From the NCBI RefSeq assembly GCF_001194135.2, contig NC_068988.1, forward strand, positions 19,932,225-19,972,956: DNA of 40,732 nucleotides. The letters run 5' to 3'. The notes under the pieces are model-generated. The model did not search any database. It had not been told where the DNA came from and saw only the letters and a list, made by a program, of their open reading frames with translations. Positions 12,219 to 22,910 of this stretch are shown here, one piece after another. This DNA is from Octopus bimaculoides (lineage: Eukaryota). Position numbers and translations under genes: made by a program. Position 1 is the stretch's first letter. Each line of letters begins with the position of its first letter.

Positions 12219-13049
12219 TCAAGATAATACATTTATGTATTTAAATTACGTAGTGCATAGGAATGTTAAGCAATACGATTGGCTTAATTTTTGTTTAGTC
12301 ATTTTATCAGAATATTTTGATCCCGAGAAAAGAATAGCAATGGTGATATTTTGCTTTGCAATTCGTGAAACGGAATTGATCAATCAGTCGAAGCAGACGT
12401 TTAAGCAGAGATAAAAATAATTAGTTATAGGAACAAAGTCAACAAAGTTTAGCAAAGTCGCTTAGCTCTGTTGTAGTTTTTCTTTATCTCTTGCGCAAAG
12501 AGCTAAAATAACAGGGAGGTCCAAGTTGCCGCCTTCCTGGTCAGTAAGAGAACAAAAAATGGTTTTACCGATTCACAATGGAGATGGAGTCGCAAAACTG
12601 CGAGGACTGCCTTGCATTTTGCCTCTTTTCTTCAAATTTGGAACTAGATTACTTGGGTAGAAATACTAATCCGTCTCTCGGCTTAACAATACTACTTGAC
12701 GTCAAGGGTGCTTTTAGCTGAGTCCACATTCTTGGAAGCCATCAGGCCGGGGCTTCGATTCGAGAACAAGTGACTTGTTGCTTCATCACTCTAGAAAGAC
12801 ATATGTAAGGTGATGGATAGCAGATGCTCTCCAGACAGGGAAAAATGAAAAATAACAAGACGAATAATAGCAATCATAACGAAACAAACGATTACCCTAA
12901 CACGATTGTTGTCAGCTCTGTAAGAAACGAAGACAGAAACCCCAGTATGCTGAGCAGCAACAACCTCAACAACATTATCCAAAACTTAAAAAACAAATAA
13001 AAATCAACCTGAAATAAACAGCGGTACGCAATAGTATATACTCTTATGT

Positions 13050-13203
13050 TTATACATACATACATGCATACATACATAGACGCATAGATACATACATACC
13101 CACATACATATACACACAAATCTATATATATATGTATGTATATATATATATGTGTGTGAGCGTGTGTGTGTATATAAGTATGTACATATATATATGTATG
13201 CGC

Positions 13204-13241
<38 letters not shown>

Positions 13242-13248
13242 ATGTGTC

Positions 13249-13300
<52 letters not shown>
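13050..13300. repeat. Compound (TACA)/(TA)/(TG) microsatellite
   Basis: Read directly. Confidence 0.95.
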
Positions 13301-13303
<3 letters not shown>

Positions 13304-13661
13304 GTAATAACAACAAGAACAACAGCAATTCTTCAACATGAGATTTCCTAATCTCTTTATGACAGTTAAATGTTAATGCGGAAAAGGAATTAAAATCTGA
13401 TGTTTCGCCTACAAATACTCACCACATGTCTCCATTGGGCGGAAAGCCTGTCCAAATGTAAATGGCTATGTCTAGTGTTATAATTGATTCAACAGAATAT
13501 GTCAATTTTTAAAACCACTTGTATCTCACATCGGTTCACTCCTATAATAGCAGTTCAAGAAAATGATTTGCCTTGCTTCCCCGCTTATCTGGCAAATACA
13601 CATTGAAACACGCACAACCATGCATATACACAAACATAGTTATGTAATGCAGATATATAAC

Positions 13662-13719
<58 letters not shown>

Positions 13720-13735
13720 CATGTGTACATATATA
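13662..13735. repeat. (TA)n(TG)n microsatellite
   Basis: Read directly. Confidence 0.95.
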
Positions 13736-14299
13736 TATTATATGTCCGTATATATAATAGACATACATACACCTTTAAATGCGCATATATAAATAATGTG
13801 TGTGTATATGCATGTGTGCGTATACACACATATAGTCGCAGTCATGATTATCTTTCAAGACTTGTCAATCCCAAGTGAATTATGTATTTAATGAAGAATC
13901 TTCAAGAGTTGTAGATCTGACATAAGTTGGAACAGATGCATGGAAATACTGACAAATAGGCATTCAGAGTAATATATATAAAAACAGAACATCACATCAT
14001 ACAGATACTTATATAACTCTATGCACTACATTATTACGAGTGTATATATATATATATATAAAGAATATGTGTATGTATGTATTTGCGGATGTTGTGCACT
14101 AGTATGTACACATATAAATACGTGCATGCGTATATGTATAAATGTTAGTGTATGCGCTCGACTGAAGTCTGCACCGGGTATTTGTGAACAAAATTTAACG
14201 TACGACCTAGCGTAATATTACAAAGCGAGCGCCAAATTCTAACTTCATTTCTATTTCAAATGTATTGGCAGTATAAGCATGTCAGACACCTATCCTACG

Positions 14300-14640
14300 T
14301 AGGAATGAAAAGACGACCCTTGCTTGCTGACTTAGTTGTCACAGGCCATTGGCGCAGACGTGCTCTCCGTGGCAGGTAAAAGAATTATTGTAGAAAATTA
14401 TTGTAAGCAGCTAGACGCCGTCAGGATGATCAAATTCGTGATATTGGTCCATAGCAACGTCAAAAAGGAAACAAAACCGTTAATGTGCGGATGAATGCTC
14501 TATGTAAAAACCTCAGAAGGTGGAGTACTTTATTAAACGTTTAGGATAGCTACTATAGGAGTAAAGAGCCGTTTCCGCGGTCACTTTGGATGAAAAGATG
14601 AATGCTTCAGTAAAGGTTGTGCGAAACCAGTCAGTTACAC
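14300..14640 (+). mobile_element. Probable old interspersed-repeat fragment, class uncertain
   Basis: taggaatgaaaagacgacccttgcttgctgac...gctagacgccgtcagg...gctctatgtaaaaacct matches a repeat I recall from octopus DNA. GC is raised relative to the flanks. There is no second copy in the window to verify it. Confidence 0.3.
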
Positions 14641-16240
14641 AAGCCAAAAAGACCATTAAAGTGCAATTGAAAAGACAGAGAGACAGAGAAGGAAGCTTAA
14701 GGCCATAAAATGAAGCATGTCTGAGTGACTATATAACTCTTATTTGAGTGATACGTTTTTTGTTGCAGTAAAGACTGCTTGTGTAGATATGTGATACCGT
14801 CTTAGTTGTAGGAAAAGCTCTCCCCGCATAAATCTAACCTGAGTTTTGTAGAGTCAGTAAGTGTTATATATGTATGTATATGTATGCATTTTTATATAAA
14901 ATAACAAACTAAGGAAACAATTTCATTCAAAGGAGTGTATAAAACACCCAATTCATTGGTTCGTCAGTTGAATACCACATACATATGTGTATAATTCAAA
15001 TTACAAACAATAAATTGAATAGAGATACAACTGACAATCCAACAATTCCTTTATATTATAATATAACATAATATAACATAATATATTATGAATGTAATAT
15101 AATATTATCAAACAATTATCAAAACAAAAAAGCCAATAATTTGTTTCAATTTATATACATTGCAAATTTCACATTACTTTGCCTACAGTTTCGTAATTTC
15201 AAACTTTTAGCGTGTGTGATCTATGACACTTAGAATGCTTCTTCTGGTCTATTAATCATATTTTACCAAAATGTGAAACGAAAAACGCTGTCCAACAGTT
15301 CATGCATCTCATATCCACGATTCTTTTGCAATCTACTGTATGAATATATTTTCTTCTTGCATGTCTTACTGGATCATAATGCAACAACTGTCTGAAGCCT
15401 CAAGCCTTCTCATTCTCAATTATATGAACAATTTAATATTCTTGTATAATGGTGAAGATGACAGTTTTAAATAGGTATGCGTAGCATTAATAGTGCTGCA
15501 TGTATATATTTTTGCTATCCAGGATGTTTGTTTCAACTGCTGGCACAAATATGTAACTTTAAACAGAAATTTAACTTTTAGGTGATGCTTGTGTCGATCT
15601 TTAGTTTGTTTTCTCTTTCTTTATCCTTTTTGCCCGCACTCTCGACCCCACTATCTCAGCTCTCTCACTCAAGTATTTATATTGTGTTCGTACTTTGTCA
15701 AGCTGTAACGTATGATATAAATAACAAAGCAAAATACAAAATACGCAAAAACTTCTGGAAAAGAAATCCAATTTATAGCTTCCCATAGGCACTTTGTGGT
15801 TAAAGAATTCCTAAAAAAGAATATCTTTTCATGTTCTTATCGACAGCAATAAGTAGGAAATTGAAAATTAGAACGAAAATGTGTCTTCACACATCCAGCT
15901 GCGTGGATGGGAATCGACTTTTTCTCTCCAATAAAAAACCACCTCGGAATTTTGTAGACCTATCTCGTAGTGTTTCACCAGAGCTCATTTCTTTGTTAAT
16001 TTCGGTAAATTCGTCAATGGCATAAACTAGGACTTATGAACACGGTCTGTGCCAGTGCCCTGTCACTTTGATATATATATATTTTTCATTTTGTCGATTC
16101 GATATATTTATCACAATACTACCACTTGAACCGCTCGATTATTCTGCGCTCAAAGCATAGGTTTCGGCAACTGCCTTATTTGTAGTTCCCTTCTTCGAAT
16201 AATTATATCCTAAATTTCTCTGACGAGAAATATTTTAGTC

Positions 16241-16393
16241 ATTGGCGCAGGTGTCGCTGTGGGGTAAGAAGCTTGCTTGCCAGCTACATGTTACGGGTTC
16301 AGTCCCACTGAATAGCACTTTGAATAAGTATTTTTTACTCTAGCTTCGAACCAACCGAAGCCCAGTGAACGAATTTGGTAGACGGAAACTGAA
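16241..16393 (+). mobile_element. 5' half of SINE family B (tRNA head + CORE-like region), 3' part missing
   Basis: ggcgcaggtgtcgctgtggggtaagaagcttgc...gggttcagtcccact...atttggtagacggaaactgaa is the reverse complement of 30656-30780, with mismatches. Confidence 0.8.
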
Positions 16394-17471
16394 TATGAAT
16401 GCGGTGGTGAAGGAAACCAAGCATTTTTATCTCTTATGAGAAAAGTATTCGGGTTTGTTCTTAGTACAAGTAAGATAAACTGGTTTGGGTGATCTCTCTC
16501 GCAAGTGAATACTCTTTAATTACTGGAATCCAAGGTGATAATAGAATTGTATATATTGCATATGATTGTGAACTATTACAAACCCAAAGAACAAAGACAA
16601 TGGAACAGAGAGTCAGTGTAACTTTAGTCTCACTACTATTGATATAACGTGGATTTGTATGAGTTCTGTAACATGTGCTTATATAACCGTGTATGTGGAG
16701 ACGTCAGATTCAAAAGTTAAGAGTTTGATGGGATATAGAGTGGTGTGGGGAAACTAACTAGGGAAATTTTTATATGAGACACGCTGGAAGTTACGAGGAT
16801 ATCACTGGAAACAATATAATTTCCGCCCAAGATTATATATGCTCCAGTGGTATATGAATAGGAGAGCATACTCGTACGTTTTGCTAAAGAAGAACAATAA
16901 CGTTTTCCCAAGGGAAAAAGCAACATTATTGAGCTCTAAGGAACGCATTTAGTCATCTAGATAATGGATATTTTAAGTTAAGATTGTGCATATGATTTTA
17001 TTGAATAATTCCCCGATTAACTATATAACTTCGAGGTATAACGAAGTTGTTTAGAAATTGGGAAAATTTAACAGCGATACATTCTATGTTATTGACAAAT
17101 ATGTTACAAACTCATCTTACAAACTGAATGAAAGCTGATTCTTCAAATGTAATTGAATAAAGTCATAAAAGCTCTCAACATTCATATCACACAACCCAAT
17201 TTAAACCTTTCTTATATTATAGTTAGCATATTCCCTCGCGAATATTCGTTGGAAAGAGCAGATAAATGTAATTTCACAAGTGACAGATTTATCTTATAGG
17301 TCATATTCTGTCCTGAAAATATTGAAATTAAAACTGAAGATATCATAATGTGCATATCATGTAGCGTGGTGGGATTTAGTGTCTGGCAAAAATTTAATAT
17401 CAACGTAGCAGGAGAACCAAGTATCACCATTTGGTTTTACACTACACACTTGTATCTGCTTTTGCATCTAC

Positions 17472-17492
17472 ATATATATATATATGTGTGTG

Positions 17493-17540
<48 letters not shown>

Positions 17541-17560
17541 TGTGTCTGCGTGCGCATGTA
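17472..17560. repeat. (TA)n(TG)n microsatellite with GC interruptions
   Basis: Read directly. Confidence 0.95.
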
Positions 17561-17569
17561 TCTATATAT

Positions 17570-17956
17570 TCTTTTATTCTTTTACTTGTTTCAGTTATTT
17601 GCTTCGGCCATGCTGGAGCACCGCTTTGAAGGATGTTGGTCGATTGATCCCAGGACTTACTTTTTAAGCCTAGTACTTATTCTTTGTTTTTTTTTACTGA
17701 ATCTCTAAGTTATGAGCAAGTAAACACATCAACACAAGCGACACTCACATAGACATATATATATATTAATATACATAAATATACATGCGACGGGCTTCTT
17801 TCAGTTTCCTTCTATGAAAACCACTCACAAGGCTTTAGATGGCCTGAGGCTATAGTACAAGACACTTCCCGAAGATGCCATGCAGCAGTACTAGTGGTAC
17901 TGAACCGGAATACATGTGATTAGGAATCAACCTTCTTACCAAACAGGCACAAGGCA
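17570..17956 (-). mobile_element. Near full-length SINE family B, diverged
   Basis: Colinear with 30340-30780: cggccatgctggagcaccgc, cccaggactta, aagcctagtacttattct, gacgggcttctttcagtttcc, ccactcacaaggcttt, gaggctatagta. Confidence 0.88.
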
Positions 17957-18166
17957 TCAACAAATGGGATAGGACTCGATCAAGGAGTAAAGATAATGTT
18001 ATGATAAAAACACAAAACCCGTGTTAATTACAAAATAAAAGCCTTCTTAATGGGAGCAATAACGGCTGTCACACACACATACACACTAACGTGCACACAT
18101 ATACACACGCTACAATAAACTTTGGGACCAATCAAAAACGGCCCACCCACACAGACACAAACACAT

Positions 18167-18169
<3 letters not shown>

Positions 18170-18214
<45 letters not shown>
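18170..18214. repeat. (CA)n microsatellite
   Basis: Read directly. Confidence 0.95.
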
Positions 18215-18219
<5 letters not shown>

Positions 18220-18362
18220 GACGTGCACAGAGACATTTTGACCTCTAAGACCAGTCCCAAACACCACTGAACCATGACAGACTAGCCCATAAAACAACAC
18301 AAAAAATCCTTTTAATTCTACATTGCTCTTCCTTCCTCCCACTCCAACCAGCCACCCACTGT

Positions 18363-19105
18363 NNNNNNNNNNNNNNNNNNNNNNNNNNNNNNNNNNNNNN
18401 NNNNNNNNNNNNNNNNNNNNNNNNNNNNNNNNNNNNNNNNNNNNNNNNNNNNNNNNNNNNNNNNNNNNNNNNNNNNNNNNNNNNNNNNNNNNNNNNNNNN
18501 NNNNNNNNNNNNNNNNNNNNNNNNNNNNNNNNNNNNNNNNNNNNNNNNNNNNNNNNNNNNNNNNNNNNNNNNNNNNNNNNNNNNNNNNNNNNNNNNNNNN
18601 NNNNNNNNNNNNNNNNNNNNNNNNNNNNNNNNNNNNNNNNNNNNNNNNNNNNNNNNNNNNNNNNNNNNNNNNNNNNNNNNNNNNNNNNNNNNNNNNNNNN
18701 NNNNNNNNNNNNNNNNNNNNNNNNNNNNNNNNNNNNNNNNNNNNNNNNNNNNNNNNNNNNNNNNNNNNNNNNNNNNNNNNNNNNNNNNNNNNNNNNNNNN
18801 NNNNNNNNNNNNNNNNNNNNNNNNNNNNNNNNNNNNNNNNNNNNNNNNNNNNNNNNNNNNNNNNNNNNNNNNNNNNNNNNNNNNNNNNNNNNNNNNNNNN
18901 NNNNNNNNNNNNNNNNNNNNNNNNNNNNNNNNNNNNNNNNNNNNNNNNNNNNNNNNNNNNNNNNNNNNNNNNNNNNNNNNNNNNNNNNNNNNNNNNNNNN
19001 NNNNNNNNNNNNNNNNNNNNNNNNNNNNNNNNNNNNNNNNNNNNNNNNNNNNNNNNNNNNNNNNATATATGCATATACTCATTTACTATTTGTTTATATA
19101 TATAT

Positions 19106-19188
<83 letters not shown>

Positions 19189-20361
19189 TAGATATATATA
19201 TACAAATATGTAACTGTGTGCGTATCATTGTGAGTTTAGAGGCCTAAATGTCCTCTTATAGCCGTCTGATACATCTTAGCATAGCTACCAAATTAAAAAA
19301 AAATGAATCTCTTTTCAACTAGCTATAAGATATAATATTCTGTATCATCCTGGACTGTACATTGCCTTTATATTTCCCCAGCGTTTCAAATATAGAAGGT
19401 TATATTCTCGTATTCTCAATTCTTANNNNNNNNNNNNNNNNNNNNNNNNNNNNNNNNNNNNNNNNNNNNNNNNNNNNNNNNNNNNNNNNNNNNNNNNNNN
19501 NNNNNNNNNNNNNNNNNNNNNNNNNNNNNNNNNNNNNNNNNNNNNNNNNNNNNNNNNNNNNNNNNNNNNNNNNNNNNNNNNNNNNNNNNNNNNNNNNNNN
19601 NNNNNNNNNNNNNNNNNNNNNNNNNNNNNNNNNNNNNNNNNNNNNNNNNNNNNNNNNNNNNNNNNNNNNNNNNNNNNNNNNNNNNNNNNNNNNNNNNNNN
19701 NNNNNNNNNNNNNNNNNNNNNNNNNNNNNNNNNNNNNNNNNNNNNNNNNNNNNNNNNNNNNNNNNNNNNNNNNNNNNNNNNNNNNNNNNNNNNNNNNNNN
19801 NNNNNNNNNNNNNNNNNNNNNNNNNNNNNNNNNNNNNNNNNNNNNNNNNNNNNNNNNNNNNNNNNNNNNNNNNNNNNNNNNNNNNNNNNNNNNNNNNNNN
19901 NNNNNNNNNNNNNNNNNNNNNNNNNNNNNNNNNNNNNNNNNNNNNNNNNNNNNNNNNNNNNNNNNNNNNNNNNNNNNNNNNNNNNNNNNNNNNNNNNNNN
20001 NNNNNNNNNNNNNNNNNNNNNNNNNNNNNNNNNNNNNNNNNNNNNNNNNNNNNNNNNNNNNNNNNNNNNNNNNNNNNNNNNNNNNNNNNNNNNNNNNNNN
20101 NNNNNNNNNNNNNNNNNNNNNNNNNNNNNNNNNNNNNNNNNNNNNNNNNNNNNNNNNNNNNNNNNNNNNNNNNNNNNNNNNNNNNNNNNNNNNNNNNNNN
20201 NNNNNNNNNNNNNNNNNNNNNNNNNNNNNNNNNNNNNNNNNNNNNNNNNNNNNNNNNNNNNNNNNNNNNNNNNNNNNNNNNNNNNNNNNNNNNNNNNNNN
20301 NNNNNNNNNNNNNNNNNNNNNNNNNNNNNNNNNNNNNNNNNNNNNNNNNNNNNNNNNNNNN
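18363..20361. other. Two large assembly gaps (18363-19064 and 19426-20361) around a 361-bp contig carrying (TAGA)n
   Basis: N-runs read directly; they produce the X-filled ORFs of 254-369 aa. Confidence 0.99.
19107..19187. repeat. (TAGA)n / GATA tetranucleotide microsatellite
   Basis: About 20 perfect units. Confidence 0.97.
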
Positions 20362-21738
20362 ATATATTTATATATATATATATTTATATATATATATATT
20401 TATATATATATATATATGTCAGTGGAACATGCATAAATATCTTGAACTGTAGTAATATGGTACTACTTTGACGATTATTCTTAGAATATTTAGATTATTT
20501 TCTGTATATTTGAATTGTAGAGCGTTACATTCTAACAAAATGTCTATAAAATACTTCTGAACAATGTTAAGTATGGTACGATGCATAAGTAGAGAGTACA
20601 ATAACTTTCCTGTATAGCAGTTTTGTGTCTTATGTTTAGATGTCTAATAATGTTTTTTTCATGTTCAATGCAATTGTCAGCACAGAAGTAGCTCATTTCC
20701 ATTTTTGCCTATCTGCATACACTGTCTTTTTGACACTGGTTTCTTGACTAAATTAGAAACTTAAAAAATTCAGTAGGAAATTAGAGTTTAAGAAATTCTC
20801 TTCTTAACACTACACGTTGTCAAGTTAGATCCGATACCACATATTTCGATAAATAGATTTTTAACATAATTTTAAATAGAACCTCCGTGCTATGAAGCAT
20901 GTACATGCAGGGCATCGTTTTGCTATCAGATATCTGCAGAAAAATGACCGAGCCCCCAATGAAGTTCATAGCATCATTGTTGCTTTATTAGTTGATTACA
21001 CTCAGTGTTTATGAACAGTGCAAAACTGTGCAGCTGAATTATGGAGGGGAAGGAATATTTTTGAAATTACATCGTTTCCAGCATATGATTATGTATGAAA
21101 ATCGAATGATTAAAATTAAATAGAGAATTTTATAATATCCGGCACAATGAAGTTCACATGTTGATGGGTTTTTCTTTGTGGGCGCTATGTCTTCGAACAC
21201 ATTATGAAAAAGATAACTGTGGTTATTCTACTTGAGGAAATGAGCAGCGAACCTTGTAGTAACACAATACTGTAGAGAAAAATTAAAAGTAGGAAGTTAT
21301 ACCTTACAATTTTTATTAGCTGCTTTGCTATTTTTCTTAATTTTGTATGTTTAAAATCATAGGTTTAAATTCAGTTTTCAGTTTGAAGTCTTATGATTTT
21401 ATAATTATATTATCGCTCTGTCAGTAAATTATTATTCACATATATACGCAATGATGTTATTTACTTAGTAATTAGATTTCTTTGAAGGACAACTGAACCG
21501 ACAGTGAGTCACAGAGATCTGTGCAAAGATACCAGAAAAAAAATAATTAGAACAGTTAATGTTTTTTGAGATACGACACCTTCGTATTAGTTACAGTTGA
21601 ATCATTTGCTGATGTCAAAGAAAACTGCCTTGATTTCAATGAAGTATTCCTTGTTACGCCTAGTATAGCTTTTCTTTAGATTTGTATGCGAAAATGTATG
21701 TGACCTGTGAACCCAGAATATTTATAGAGTCTGTGAAT

Positions 21739-21852
21739 ATTTCATCATGAAAATATTCTCACATATGAGCATATTTTGCAATATTTCTTGNNNNNNNNNN
21801 ATTTCATCATGAAAATATTCTCACATATGAGCATATTTTGCAATATTTCTTG
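21739..21852. repeat. Exact 52-bp direct duplication separated by a 10-N gap (probable assembly artefact)
   Basis: atttcatcatgaaaatattctcacatatgagcatattttgcaatatttcttg at 21739-21790 and 21801-21852. Confidence 0.85.
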
Positions 21853-22844
21853 CAGTCTTTGTGATAAATGCAGCTTTATTTGCGGGGGGGGGGCGGATTT
21901 GTGGCATTTGTGGATCTACGGAAAATCTCTCTGTTTTGGCATTTGGAAAAAAATATATCCCAAACCATAACCCAAGTAATTTTTACAGTATTCTATCACT
22001 GTTGATATACTAGAAGTGGACTTTAGTGATCATGATACTAGTGAGAAAGTGAAAAGTTTATGGATAATGGATAGGGCACCATCAATGAAGTTTCGGGATT
22101 TGAAACTGTTAAAACAGAGCACCTTGAAATGAAGTGAAAAAACACAAAGTGGAAAGATCGTATCAATTTCCCAGAAAAAAATCATTTACGCAAAAATGTA
22201 CCCTAGAATAGAAAATGTTAGGAAGAAATTCGTATTTTCGAAAGGTACTATACACGAGGTTGCTTTACATCAATCATTGTAAAAATTACTGCTTCGTTGA
22301 AATAAACCGAAATACCACACAAAAACATGTATAAAGGAAGAATATTCCGTGCGATCAATCTTTACTGTATTAACTTCATTCTCATCTAAAAAGAAAACAC
22401 TGGAACTTTTTCTCCATATCTCAATATTTTTTCAATTGAGTTATGTTTGTTTCTCGCCCTTTTTAACCCCATTTTATGCAGTTCTTCATACTCTTCACAT
22501 CGATTGGGCTACTCACAGATCGCCATCAGGAACTATATCTTTCTATATAAACATAACCTTCAATTATGATTGACGACAGCATCCATATTTCTTACATAAA
22601 ACTCGAAGCAATTCAACACCATCGTATGTGATTTCTTTCCACTTCTCTTTTTTAGCACATCTATTTATTTTACTACGCAGAAAATGGAATATTTTACAAG
22701 TTGGTTTCGAAAACAACGCCGATCACTTAACAACAGGTTTATTTTTTCCCACTGACGCCTTTCTCACTTATAACTGCCAAATAGGAAATTTGTAAGTATG
22801 GATTGAATATGTAATATCATGGAAAATTTTCAAATGGTGTTTGG

Positions 22845-22910
22845 CAGAAGCGTTAGAGTGACAGATAAAATATCTTGTGGTATTTAGTTACGTCAGTTTA
22901 CGTTCTGAAT
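22845..22910 (+). mobile_element. 5' fragment of SINE family A
   Basis: ttggcagaagcgttagagtg...ggtatttagttacgtcagtttacgttctga parallels the 5' ends of the 29903 and 26759 copies. Confidence 0.45.

Noticed and set aside
18028-20471. ORFs of 254-369 aa
   Set aside because: Almost entirely X from assembly gaps.
20889-20975. Inverted repeat tgctatgaa...ttcatagca
   Set aside because: Only a 9-bp stem with a long unstructured loop and no snoRNA box motifs.
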